Positions 25,398 through 37,189 are shown, counted from the first letter of the stretch. The stretch: DNA of 64,000 nucleotides from Neodothiora populina (GCF_041146345.1 NW_027191405.1:620001-684000); one strand, 5' to 3'. Numbers and translations: made by a program. Notes: generated by a model from the sequence alone, not told the origin.

Positions 25398-28300
25398 ATG
25401 GAGCTTAGGCGGAAACGAGCACCCTCACCACAAAAGCCAATTTCTCGTCTCCAACCCTCTGAACCATTGCACATGACTACTCGAGCCGCGTCCAAGGCGG
25501 GATCTAATGCTTCCAGTAGCCGCAGGGGCTCCCTAGTATCCAATGGACAGATCAGCCCATCTGGTAGCTTCGAAGGCGACAGTCAGCGTGTGAACAAACG
25601 CAGGAAGCTATCGACAGGATCCAAAACGACGCCCACCAGGGGCAGTAATTCTTCAGGCGCCTTGTCCACAGCGTCACGGCCGTCTACGAGAAGTATGTCG
25701 AGTGGCAACTTGCCACCCATTAGTGAAACCCCTACCATGACCAGGAAAAGGAAAAGGTCATCTGACGTCTCGGCGCATACTATGAGCGTTACCTCTAGTA
25801 CTCACACTATGGAGGATGTGAAAGAAGATGTTTTCGCTGATTCGCTGCCCGATGAATCTAAAGGTCAGATAGACTGGGGAGACAAACAATCCTTCCCATC
25901 ATCGGGAGAGAGTCGTAGTCTCAAGAGCAGCAATCACGATGCCGACGAGCCTCCAGCGTATATCGATCCAGATCGTACAGCTCAGCAGCAAGGGTCTGAA
26001 CCCACAGAGATAGCAAAACTCAAAGATTCGGAAAATGCGTCGAGCATTAATGGCGCAGCGAGCCCATTCGAGCATGCAGGTGGTAGCAATCCTGACTCAG
26101 CCTCATCTCACTCTAATGGCGCAGCTGCTCCTGTCAATGCTCATACGTCGGACAAGGGACTAAGAGTATCTGATGTATCTGAGCAAATATCCATCTTCTC
26201 CCAGGAGTCAGCAGAGGCGGCGGGAAATTCGCATGACCTTTCAGCAACAATGCGAAAGCGTGTTGAGACTGAGGAGCAAGCAGATGATGACGAGGGCGAT
26301 GCGCAAGTACATGCCGACGCCGATGCTGAAGCCGAAGAAGAAGAAGAGGCGCCCGAAGAAAGTATTACTGCTAGTAGAGAAATCGTACCCCCAAGCTTGG
26401 ATCCTACGCCAGTACAGTCCGCTCAGGCTTCGCCAGCGGGGTCGCCCCCGGACTCGAGTTTCGATCAAGAGTCTCCGGTGAAACGCGCCATCACTTCGAT
26501 GCCAGGCGTCACTGGAAAAGGAAAGAAAAAATTACCGGGTAGACGCCGAGCTCCTCATGCTAACCCGAAAGTTGAAGCTGCACTTCGCAGGCAGCTCCAT
26601 CTACGAATGAATTACCGAGCAGTAGCGAAAGCACTGAAACCAATACTTGCGGAACTTGGCCACCGTAGTTTGAGGGAGCTTGAGAGCAACCCTAGTGCAC
26701 ATGAAGAAGCTAGCGAGTATCCCGTTGTGAAGGAAGACTTGCACCAATGCTTTGAGCATCGTTTGGCCATTATCCAGAAACAAAAAGAGTTGAATAAACA
26801 GAGGCTGAAGGACATTTTGGAGGACGAATTGGAGATGCGGAAGACCAAATATGAGGTCAGCTGCCTGTTGTGCTATTATTATGTTTGAATTACTAACCTC
26901 CTTCCAGAATGTCAGCAGGAATATTAAAGAACAACATGTAATCCGATTGCAGCACGACTTTCTCACAGCAGTGCGTCATCACGAACAGGAAAAGGATGGC
27001 AACGCAAGTGACGACGAGGTATGTTTGTTCCTCAAGTACCTAGTCAAATATACTGACTGTGTCACAGGATGAAGATGTCGTACGTCCGTTGCGCCACGCA
27101 ACAGCCAGAGGAAATGTTGCAGGCATCCTTGGACCTGAATATCACTGGCGAAGCAGACCCGCCGTGGAGACAGAACGCCTTTTCGACGAGATGTATAGAC
27201 GTCACGAAATAATCCGTGACCAGAGCTCTCGAAAGGAAGGCCCTAGTCTTGCCGACAGCGTGCCATTCACAACTTTTGACTCAACGGTGCGAGATGGAAT
27301 TGCCATATCGAAGAGACTTGAGATGCTCGTTCAGGCGTTGGAAGAGGTACAAAAGGAGCCTGTACCCGAACCGCCCCGACCTATCGCCAACAGTGAAGCT
27401 CTTGGCTTGCAGGCACTGGCGAACGCGTCGGCAGCAAGTGCTGCGACAGAGACTGCCATGAAAGATGCCGAGGAGAGAGCTAGATTGCAGGAAAGCGAGG
27501 CAGCCAAGACCAAGCAAGAGGAGGAAGACCAAATTCGATCATCTCTCAGCGTTCCAAAGCCCTCTCTATCACAAACTCCGGATGAAATACCTCAAAGTGC
27601 AAAAGCAAGTGCTGCTACTGCACTTTCGAACGTTCCTACGCCGGCCCAAACTCCCTTCAATGAGACTCAGCAGGACCATGTCAAAACAGAGTCCCATCCG
27701 GAGCAATACCAGAAACAGAGTCAAGTGTCACGCGAACCATCACAGGCGCCGACGCGCTCCAACACAAGCTTCAGTCAAGTTGCCATGGGTCCTTCGCTGA
27801 CAGAAACAGCACCTCTCGTGCGCATTCCGGGCCTTGGTGGTCCGCTTAATGCACCGACTCAACCTGTCATTCCTGGACTGAGTCTTCTGCCTCAACCACA
27901 GCCGAGCCAACTCCCGGGCTTGGGTATTTCTGTACAGAACTCAGGACTGCAGCAACACCAAAATTACCCTCAACAGCCGCCCTTGCGCGAGTCGACTATG
28001 ACACATCATTCCGCATCAAGAACCCCTCTCGATAGCCATGCTACACCTGCGTCCATGGCGAATACACCGAATCACCCAGGGGATTATCATCACTATGGGA
28101 GTGCTATGTCTGATAGACCTCAGGACACGATGGAGAAGCATGCGCATGTGCCTGTGGACACATCGTCGAACAATAGGCCCCCGAAAGACTTCTGGTCCAG
28201 TCTTGCTCATGGATCTCAAGACAGCGGGGTAAGCAAGACGGGATATGAAGCACAGAAATCCACCGAACAAGCCACGGGTGTTGGAGACAACTTAAGCCAA

Positions 28301-29290
28301 GTCGCTCCAGACAACCGTGTTTCACAACCGTATACTTCAGTTTATGGTGGGGAAGTGGACCCTTTCGGGCCACGTCCGGCGGAAAGAGGGCATCAATACC
28401 AAGATGGTCGCCCTTTAGATCAGGTTCCAGAGGAGAATCAAGGCAGAGCTTCCTCCAGGGCGCCCTCGACAGCGTCTGCGATCGCCTTAGAGCCGCTTTC
28501 TCAAAGACTCCGGAGCACTTCTGATTCGTTCGGACCGCTATTGGACAGGAACGATGCAACTAAGCCAGCGAAGAAGAGGGCACCCAAGACTTCACTGTAT
28601 GGGCCATGGCCAAGAAGCAACAATTATCATCCCTACCAACACGACCGACGTGCCAGCACGACAGCGGTGGTGTCCCAAGAGGGACCCCCACATGGCTACA
28701 TACAAACGTCAAGCGGCTATGGCCCTTCCGATAATCGTCAGCCATCGTATCAACCTACGCACCAAGTCCAAGGGCCGCCGATGTATTCTGCACCACCGCC
28801 GACTACAGGAACGTACGCCCCTCCACCGCATTATGCCCAAGTCCCACCTCCGCCATATAGTTACGATCAACGTCCCACGACTTATTCGCATTCTCCCTAT
28901 GCATTGGCTCCCGCACCGACGGGGTTTTCCTCATTGCCAGGTCCGCCACCAATGTCTCAACCTCCACCTCTCGGTGCGTACTATGGAGCTCCACCCCCTC
29001 CTCAAATGTATCAAGCACAACAGACACCCTACACGCATGCACCGCCACCGCCGTTGGCCGCTCGGCCACCTCCTCCGAGCAGCCAACCCACGTATGGAGC
29101 GCAATATGGTGGGCAACCTATATTACCCGCTGGTGTATACGGGACGGCACATGGCTCGCCTGCGACTAGCAATGCTGGACCGGCTTTCGCACAGTATTCA
29201 CAGCGCGACGAAGGCAGACGGGACAATTACGGGGGGCGTGGAAGGGGTCGTGGACCTCATGCCGAGTGGAAGCATTATCAGCCAAGGTGA
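25398..29290 (+). CDS. Large, mostly disordered hypothetical protein (probably nuclear) with one helical/coiled-coil domain and a Pro/Tyr/Gln-rich C-terminus
   Basis: ORFs 25392-26888 and 27059-29290 are joined via introns 26856-26907 and 27019-27067. NLS-like RKRKR and KRRK; helical segment EAALRRQLHLRMNYRAVAKALKPILAEL; RGRGRG near the end. Start could be 25398 or 25473. Confidence 0.8.
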
Positions 29291-29971
29291 AGCAAGTCAT
29301 ACGAGAGTTGAGTCATGAACGCCAGAGTGCATGGATGTAGTATAGTAGTGAGCAGGAAGGATACATGTTTGGAAGACGAGCTGCCAAGCTGTGCAGTGAG
29401 ATTATCTGAGATCTATAGCTTTCAAAGCTCGCAGTGAAACTGTGATTGTAATCCTAATCAATCTCCCCCACAATGCAGTGAGTCACTTTTATGCAGATGG
29501 TGTGGATGCATATGTCTATTTCAGCATACGCCCAGCGCTAAGCTGTACGACAGGAAAAGAGTCATAACATATACAGTCGACATCGAACAAATGGGTCAAC
29601 CGACAAGTGAGTCACTTGTGCGAAAGCGTAGTGTGGACCCTGGCGTCAGAATCCACTGCCGAAAAGAGACTAGCGTGCCCCTCGTCGGTTCGGCAGAGGT
29701 TTTGTGACGTCTTGCAGTAACAAATTGCGAACGACGCCAAAAGTAGATGCAGAGAATAAGCTGCAGGCAGAAAGAAGAAAGAGAAAGAAGAGAAGATTAA
29801 AGTGTGCGACTTTCCCCCCGCCACGTTCCTGCTCTCCATAACCAGATTCACATTATTCTTGTCTTGCAATAAACCTTTGACATTTGATTTTTATATACAA
29901 AAGCACAATTCGTTCTTTCTTTCTGAACCTTTAACTTACAGGAAAAGAAAAGTCAAGGAAAATCCAGCATC

Positions 29972-30943
29972 ATGGCCGTCCGCGCAGCTTTCGAAAACTC
30001 CAACGAGTAAGAAACCCCTCCTTCCCGTTTCAGTAGCTCAGCACTCTTTATGCCGCAGTCGAGGAGGAAGGAAGCAGCCGCGGCATAGTCTAAAGCAGCA
30101 GGAGCAACAGCAGAGAGCAAGAACAAAAGTGCAGATAAAGAAAAGCAACGATACTAACCACGCACCACCGAACAGAGTCGGAGTCTTCTCCACTTTGACC
30201 AACAGCTACGCGCTCGTCGCCGTCGGCGCCTCCGAGAACTTCTACTCGGTCTTCGAGGCCGAGTTGCAGGATGTCATCCCCATCTGCCACACCACCATCG
30301 CCGGCACCCGCATCATCGGCCGCCTGACAGCGGGAAACCGCAAGGGCCTGCTCGTGCCCACCTCGACGACCGACCAGGAACTGCAGCACTTGCGCAACAG
30401 CATCCCGGACGACGTCAAGATCCAGAGAATCGAGGAGCGGTTATCGGCGCTCGGCAACGTCATCTGCTGCAACGACCACGTCGCCCTCGTGCACCCGGAC
30501 CTGGAGCGCGAGACGGAGGAGATCATCGCTGATGTTCTGGGCGTCGAGGTCTTCAGACAGACGATTGCCGATAACGTCCTCACGGGCTCGTACATGAGCT
30601 TGAGCAACCAGGGCGGTATCGTGCACCCTAAGACGAGCATTCAGGATCAGGATGAGCTTTCTTCGCTGCTTCAGGTCCCGCTTGTTGCTGGTTCCGTGAA
30701 TCGCGGTTCGCCAGTCGTCGGTGCGGGTATGGTCGTCAATGACTGGATGGCTGTCACAGGTATGATTACTCTTTTTTCCCCTGTTTCTACCGCTCGTCCC
30801 ACTGACTTGAGATTCAAAAAGGTCTCGACACCACGGCCACCGAGCTCTCGGTCATCGAGTCAGTGTTCAAGCTCGGCGAGGGCTCCGGACCCAGCGCCAT
30901 CAACACCATCAACAAGGATACCATGGTCGAGTCATTCTACTGA
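29972..30943 (+). CDS. TIF6: Eukaryotic translation initiation factor 6 (60S biogenesis)
   Basis: [23 protein letters not shown]...[10 protein letters not shown]...[16 protein letters not shown]. Introns 30007-30175 and 30760-30821. Confidence 0.98.
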
Positions 30944-31782
30944 GCGGGAGAGAAATCTTTTTTTCTGCCTTCCAATCTTCATCATCCTCTCATTTTCTCT
31001 TCTCTTGTCCGTGAAAGAAGACGTAGAAAGAGAATCAAACGGGTTTTCAGCAGTCATCTGGCAGCATGGAGTGTGGCGTCTTTTTTGTCTCATCTTTTTC
31101 TTTTTTTTCGCTGGGTGTTCACGGGGACGTTCGAATGTCGAGTGTCCAGAAAAGAAGAAGGAATGGAGAAACGTCCTTTGATGAATGAATATGTCATCCC
31201 CGTCTTAAAAAAACCCGCGTATGCATCATCGATCGGCGTCGGATCCTCTTTCGGGCTGTTGTTGGGATTGAGAGCCGTCAGGACGCTTCTTCATGGTGTC
31301 GAAGGATAACCCACGAAACGTGTCCCATCATGGCTACTCAGTGTTTCACTTGATTTTCTGGCGCAGCAATGTTCAGACATCGCCTGCAGCACGGGATGTT
31401 GGTGATGATGGTGGTCCGACACGGATCTCTACCGTATGGTGTAACACCTTTTCGGAGAGTTTCAGATGTCCCACTCTCGACGTCGGGATGAAAAGAAAGA
31501 GTGTTTAGCCCTTTGCATCCATATAGATATATTGCTACATACACGAAATGAAAAGAAGCGACGAAATGGTCACTCGAGATGTAGACGACACGGATCTTTG
31601 ATATTCTTCTGTTTTGCAAATTCACAGGTGGTTCAGATTCATCAAAGTCAGATGAGCCAAGTGAAGTAATAGGCAAGAGTTCCATATCTGCAGAGCCACT
31701 AAATGTTTCCCTGAATCCAAATAATATACACCTCCTTATAATTGGCTTTCAGGTCCTTGTTCTCCTTCGACTCGGGAGGAAT

Positions 31783-34653
31783 TTACGACGACCAGATGGC
31801 AGAAGTGGAACCAGTGCCACCTCCAAATTCATGTCCATCCCCGTAAATGAGAGCAGGCAGTTTGCTCTCCATCACGTCCTTGCATCTGTCGACGCAATCG
31901 GCCAGTGCAATCTTCAGCTCTGCTCGCGCAGCTTCATCCAACTCTCCATTCACTTCGCTCCGACGTCCTCCACCTTCTGCTTCACCTGCGCCGCATTCGA
32001 AGCGGATGTTCAGGTCTTGCAGCACTCTGTCCAGCGTGGCGTCGATGCAGCCTTTGACGATCTTCTCCCCGATAAAGTCTCCCAGGGGTGCGGACAACGC
32101 TTGCACCAGATGATCGCATAGACGTGGAAAGGGACCCCAAGCTGTAGATGAAGATGCGACTAAAGATGAGAACCTCTGGATGCGCTTGTTGTGAGAGCCC
32201 TTACCGCCAGCCATGCGTGAGACCTCGACGTAGATTTCCGACATGCGCGTCACGAAGGGCGAGGGCTGACGCAACGGTTGAGGTTGTTGTTGGGCACTAT
32301 TAGATGACGGGTAGCGTCTGGACACTGGGCGTGCTTCCAGGGCGTCATTGTGCATTTTGCTGTGTTTTATTATCAGTACATCTCACAAGACCAGAGGAAG
32401 AATACTCACCGAAGCGTTCTCTTGAGCGCCATAGCTTGGGCCCCGACCTCTGCCAAAGCAGTAATCCTCTCCTGATGGAAACACTCCATGAAATTCTGCA
32501 TGTCAACACCGCCCAAATGCTCCGAAGTATCGAATTGTCGTTCTATCGTGTCAAACATCGCAGTAGTTTTCTTTATAATGAGCTCAATCTTTTCGTCTAT
32601 GATTTGTGCAATCTCGACGTGCATGGGCTCAACATCTTTCTCCACGAGTCGCAGCAATTCCTCGGTCATATTCAGATAAGCACCATTCTTGGGCTGATGA
32701 ATTCCGTCGCGCGTCACAAAGGCTTTGAACGAGGAGGCGGTGAACTTGGATCCCCATGTCGTGATCAGCCCCTTCACCATAGGGCTAAGCACTCGTTTGA
32801 TCTGGTCCTGGAACTCGCGACCGAACATGGTTTTGATTGCGGCACTCATTCCCTCACCGCAGCCATCGAGGAACGTGCTGCATTCTTTTTTTGTTGCCAT
32901 ACGATCGCATCGACATCGGCTTTGCGTGTAAGCCGATCATATTCTGCGAACAGAAGAATGCGTGCAGTCGCCAACCTCAGGCGTCGATAGTGCTCACTTA
33001 TGCGCAACATGCGGCGCTCGCTATGGATCGTGCAGATCGCGTGACGCAAATCTGGGATACCGGTTTCTTCGACGTCGAGAAGATGGGAGCTAAATCTGTC
33101 CGAACCAGAAAGATGCTTCTCGTAGGCTTTGTTGGCCACGGGGTAGACCTTGATAAGTGAGGATGGCGAAAGCACTTTATACTCAGCCTGGAGTATTTTC
33201 TCAAGTTTTTCATTGCGGATCAGGATTCTCCGCTTCTCCTGGATCTGCTTGAGATTGTCGAGTTCGTTCCTGGCTTGTTCCTCTTTTTCAATATCGTCCT
33301 GTTCCAAGGCGTCTTCAAACGCTGTCGTAGCTTTGTCGATGTTCTTGCTCAAATTCGTGAACGTCATGTTCTCAATATGAGTAAGATTGTACGGGTCGGT
33401 ATCGGCTGTATCGCAATTGGTAAGTACAAGGATGACATTCTCGGCTCCATATATGCGTATAGCACGCTGTAAGCTGTTGAAGAGATCTTGACTTGTTTGT
33501 GCACGGCTGACTTGATGAGTAACAAGCACCGCCGAGCAGTTATCATCTTGATAACGGTCTCTGCGCATCATGTTTCTATCGGAAGTGCCAGGATAATCGA
33601 CCAACTCGATGCCTCGTTGCAAGAACGGCGAATCAATGTAACAACGTACTTTGTCCACGAGTGGCCAGTATCTGGGCTCCTTAGAAAAATCATCCCCCCT
33701 CTCTTGAAAAGGGACAAGCTCCCTGCGGAGCAGGCGCAGATTAGTAGCCTCAACCACTGTGACATTGTTAGTAGTCCATGTGCCGTAAGTGGTTTTTAAA
33801 TTCTCGCGTATCCATCCGAGCATTGACCTGGCTACGATCTCCTTGCCGTTATTGCAAAAGAATGCCGCCGTGGATACTTCGCACAAGAACGTTGGCCTGT
33901 CGCAGAGGACACTCTGCAGAAACTGTTGTGCAGTGTGTACTTGAGCATAATTATCATCGTCGGCCATCGCGTCTCCATCTGCAACAGCATTTGCATTAGG
34001 TTCATTACTCCTTGTGGTGTAATAGTGTATCAGGACGTCGGCAGCGTTTCCCACGATCTTCTCAATTCGGTCTTCAGACATCCAGTGGACATGAGCTGAG
34101 AACGGCGGGTAATCCTCCTTCCTGCTCACGTACTCAGTTGCAACTTGGGTACAGCTGCGACCCGCATCACTCGCGGCTGCTAAACCGGCTTTCGATACCA
34201 CGTTGTTTAGTGTTGAAGACTTCCCTGTCGATGCATTTCCGTGGAGAGCAATCGCGGTGACGGGATAGTCGATTCTTAGCAATCTGTGTATCTCTTCTGC
34301 CAGATGATGGAGCTGAGTATCCCTTTGTTTTGGCATTTCGAGGAGGATTGCGTTGTATAATTTGCTCGCATCGATTTCTACATATTCTTCGATGGACTTG
34401 ATTCTTTCATCGTCATAATAAGGGAGGTTAGGGATCTCTTCATGCTTGTCATAGATGTAAGGCCGTCCAGCCAATCGTTCTTCGACGTTTCTGCCATCGA
34501 AGGTCTTACGCGTGGAATAATTTTTCTGTCCCTTGTAGTCTATAGTGTCTAAGTCAGTACATGTATGTAAAAATGATAAGACGACATACCTTGCTCGAAT
34601 AGCCCCTCGGGGCTGGCTTCCCGCTTGTGCGCGGAAAATTCCATGGTTGACAT
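31783..34653 (-). CDS. Dynamin-like (Dynamin_N, SLIP-GC-like) GTPase with a -1 frame break at ~32885-32892; frameshifted gene or pseudogene
   Basis: G1 GNASTGKSS, G2 RSCTQV, G3 LVDYPG, G4-like VLTNCD, plus ETGIPDLR. Introns 34589-34540 and 32409-32360. The zero frame stops at 32846; the C-terminal region continues in the -1 frame (ORF 32900-32406, then 32359-31783). Confidence 0.8.
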
Positions 34654-35275
34654 GATGGATAGAGAAGAGAAGGAAAAGAAGAAGGACGCACAATATTAGA
34701 TAGAGGTAAATGTGTAGAAGTCTGCGAGGAGAGGCACTGCTGCATATCCCTGTAACGGTAGGAACGTGAAGTCGTAAGGCAAGGGCGAGAAGTCGTAAGG
34801 CAGTCACGCACGCAGCAAGTGAAGCCTAATTAAGGTCAACTACAGTGTGTGAATCTGCTATGAAGCTGATGAAGTCAACACTGAGTGAAATGTGTCAAGA
34901 TTCCAGGCAGTATCTTAAAGACGACTGAGTATTGAGGCAAGATACAGTATGCCCTGAGTGAAGTGCGTGAAGATTCGAGACAGTGACTGAAAGACGATTA
35001 AGTATTGTGGCAGGATGAGAAGCCTGAGTGAATTGTGTCAGGTTTCCAGGCAATAATCGAAAAACGATTAGGCAATTAGGCAAGATGAGGGCTGACCTGA
35101 TTGTGTTTCAAAGTGTAGTGATAAGCAACTCAATGCAGTAGATATCCTTCTGATAGTTGAATCTGAAACTGATGTATGAGAGCAGAGGTGATCAAGAAAT
35201 GGTCAGAGTGAGAATGTCGATACAAGGAAAGGAGGTGTTGTTGAACATTCAAGTATACGGCGGCTACGCCATATC

Positions 35276-35312
35276 GTTCACTCGATACAGTTCACTCGAT
35301 ATTGTTCACTCG
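35276..35312. repeat. Three copies of GTTCACTCG at 14-bp period overlapping the SAE2 stop codon
   Basis: Copies start at 35276, 35290, 35304. Confidence 0.75.
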
Positions 35313-37189
35313 TCCCTGAAAGTGTAACGACCACCACCACGCATTGCTTCACGCCATCGCTCTTCTATCTTTTGCCGCTCCAAGCGTCTGGCTTCTTCAC
35401 GGTCCTGTTCCTCCTCTTGAGTAGTTGGCATATCTGTCCTCCAGAAGCCTGGTGGGGTGGTCCGCCTTTCGAATGCTTGCCTGTGTTTACCATATTGATC
35501 CGCGAACGCGGTAGCGCGCGCTTCGACAAGCATCTCCTTTCTCTTCTCCGCACTAGCGTTCTTGATGACTTCTGCATACCCTTGGCCAAGATACCCTTGC
35601 AGCGTGAGCTCGTCATCGTCAATATCAGCATCTGGATTGTCGAAGAGGCCGCGACGGGTAGAGGCAGTGGGCAAAAGACCTGCCGCGACCAGCCTGCGAA
35701 TGGCCCCGCAACAATCTCGGGTACATCCTGGCAAACAGCGACGTTCATCACGCTTTCGCACCGTCTCCGTATAGGCGAAACCAAGCTCGGCATATTTCGG
35801 ATCGACTTTGAAATCATCAATGTTCAGACGGTGTAGAGGTCGGCTGCGCAGGGGCTCATCTTCGGGTCGAATGGGTCCTACCTCAGGGTCGACATCTGCT
35901 TTCACTTGCTCAGGAGGAACATTGTCTCTCACTTTCCTTGTCCGGTCAATAGGACGCTGCGATGTCTTTGGTGTTTGTGATTTGCTTAACTCTATAGACT
36001 TGCGGGCCGTTGTCACACGGGGGCTCAACACTGTCTTTGCAGGCGTCTGGAAGCTCCCTTCAAGTAGGCGACCGAGGCGAGCGCCATTACTGGAATCTGG
36101 CGTGGTTTGACCTGGGCAGACCTTTGATCGCTTGGGGCTCCTTTCGGTGGTGTCGCCGTCCTCAGAGAGGATATGAATAGCGGCGGCACCCCTCCTGTGG
36201 CTGCTGTCTTTATCTTTGAGTTCTCTGTGATTTGGAGTTCTCGTTCGAGGAAGGACAGGAGTGTTATTGCTTAGAGGCTGCAAGGGCCCGGAGGAGCTTC
36301 TTTCGGCCGATTTGTTCTGTTGATGTTTGGGGGTTTCGACGATCGACGTCGTGGACTCTGTCTTGATATGCGATACATCATATGTCCCAACGTGTTTCGA
36401 CATTGTCGGTGTCTTCAATTTCTGAGATTCATGTGATGGAAGGAAATCTTGAAATTGAGGTCTCGAGAGGGCATCGAGATCCGATGTCTCGGTGCGCAAA
36501 AGGAGCGGCTGACTGGCTTGTGCTACGACTGGATTACTACAACTCTCTTCTTTGACCCGAATTGGTCGATCAGAAGCACCGTTGTTACTGTTATCGTTAT
36601 TGTTATTGGCATTTACCTCATCGGTTGCAGGGTGGCTCGTCGTGTTCCGTTTTCGTTTCAGACACTTGGTGGAGACGAACTGAGGGACGTCGTTATCATC
36701 CAAACTCGGCTTTGGTCCATCGCTGGGAAAGTCACCTTGGGTGGTCTGGCTCGATGTGATCTTCAATGTTGATACGATCGAAGGTGTAGAGGTGGGTGGA
36801 GTATCATGTCTAAGATGCGAGGCAAAAGAAGGCTGATGTGTGAACTCTGGACCACGAGCCGCCTTGGGTGTGACAATCTGGCCAGTGTTGGGGGACGAAT
36901 CCAGGACAGACGGGGTAACAGGAGTCCGGTGTAGCAATCCAGTGACCGTGGGATGGCGTTTTCGCTTTATATACGCATCCCAATCTTTGAGATTTTGCTT
37001 GATCTGCCTGTATCTCTTCTCCCTCTCGGTTGTACGTCTGTCTAGCTCACGGTATTCGTGTAGAAGTGAGTTGTACAGATTCACGATCCGATCATATTCC
37101 TGATGAGTTGGGATCACGCCGTCCAGCGGTCGTGGTATAGGTCGGAATTGAGAGCGAGGATGTCCTTCAGACTGCATTCCTCTTTCCAT
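35306..37189 (-). CDS. SAE2: DNA end-resection factor Sae2/Ctp1/CtIP family protein
   Basis: N-terminal coiled coil; C-terminal VRKRDERRCLPGCTRDCC and GKHR...RRTTPPGFWRTDMPTTQE, typical of the SAE2/CtIP C-terminal domain. Start codon uncertain. Confidence 0.88.
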   Translation of the reverse strand: MERGMQSEGHPRSQFRPIPRPLDGVIPTHQEYDRIVNLYNSLLHEYRELDRRTTEREKRYRQIKQNLKDWDAYIKRKRHPTVTGLLHRTPVTPSVLDSSPNTGQIVTPKAARGPEFTHQPSFASHLRHDTPPTSTPSIVSTLKITSSQTTQGDFPSDGPKPSLDDNDVPQFVSTKCLKRKRNTTSHPATDEVNANNNNDNSNNGASDRPIRVKEESCSNPVVAQASQPLLLRTETSDLDALSRPQFQDFLPSHESQKLKTPTMSKHVGTYDVSHIKTESTTSIVETPKHQQNKSAERSSSGPLQPLSNNTPVLPRTRTPNHRELKDKDSSHRRGAAAIHILSEDGDTTERSPKRSKVCPGQTTPDSSNGARLGRLLEGSFQTPAKTVLSPRVTTARKSIELSKSQTPKTSQRPIDRTRKVRDNVPPEQVKADVDPEVGPIRPEDEPLRSRPLHRLNIDDFKVDPKYAELGFAYTETVRKRDERRCLPGCTRDCCGAIRRLVAAGLLPTASTRRGLFDNPDADIDDDELTLQGYLGQGYAEVIKNASAEKRKEMLVEARATAFADQYGKHRQAFERRTTPPGFWRTDMPTTQEEEQDREEARRLERQKIEERWREAMRGGGRYTFRDE

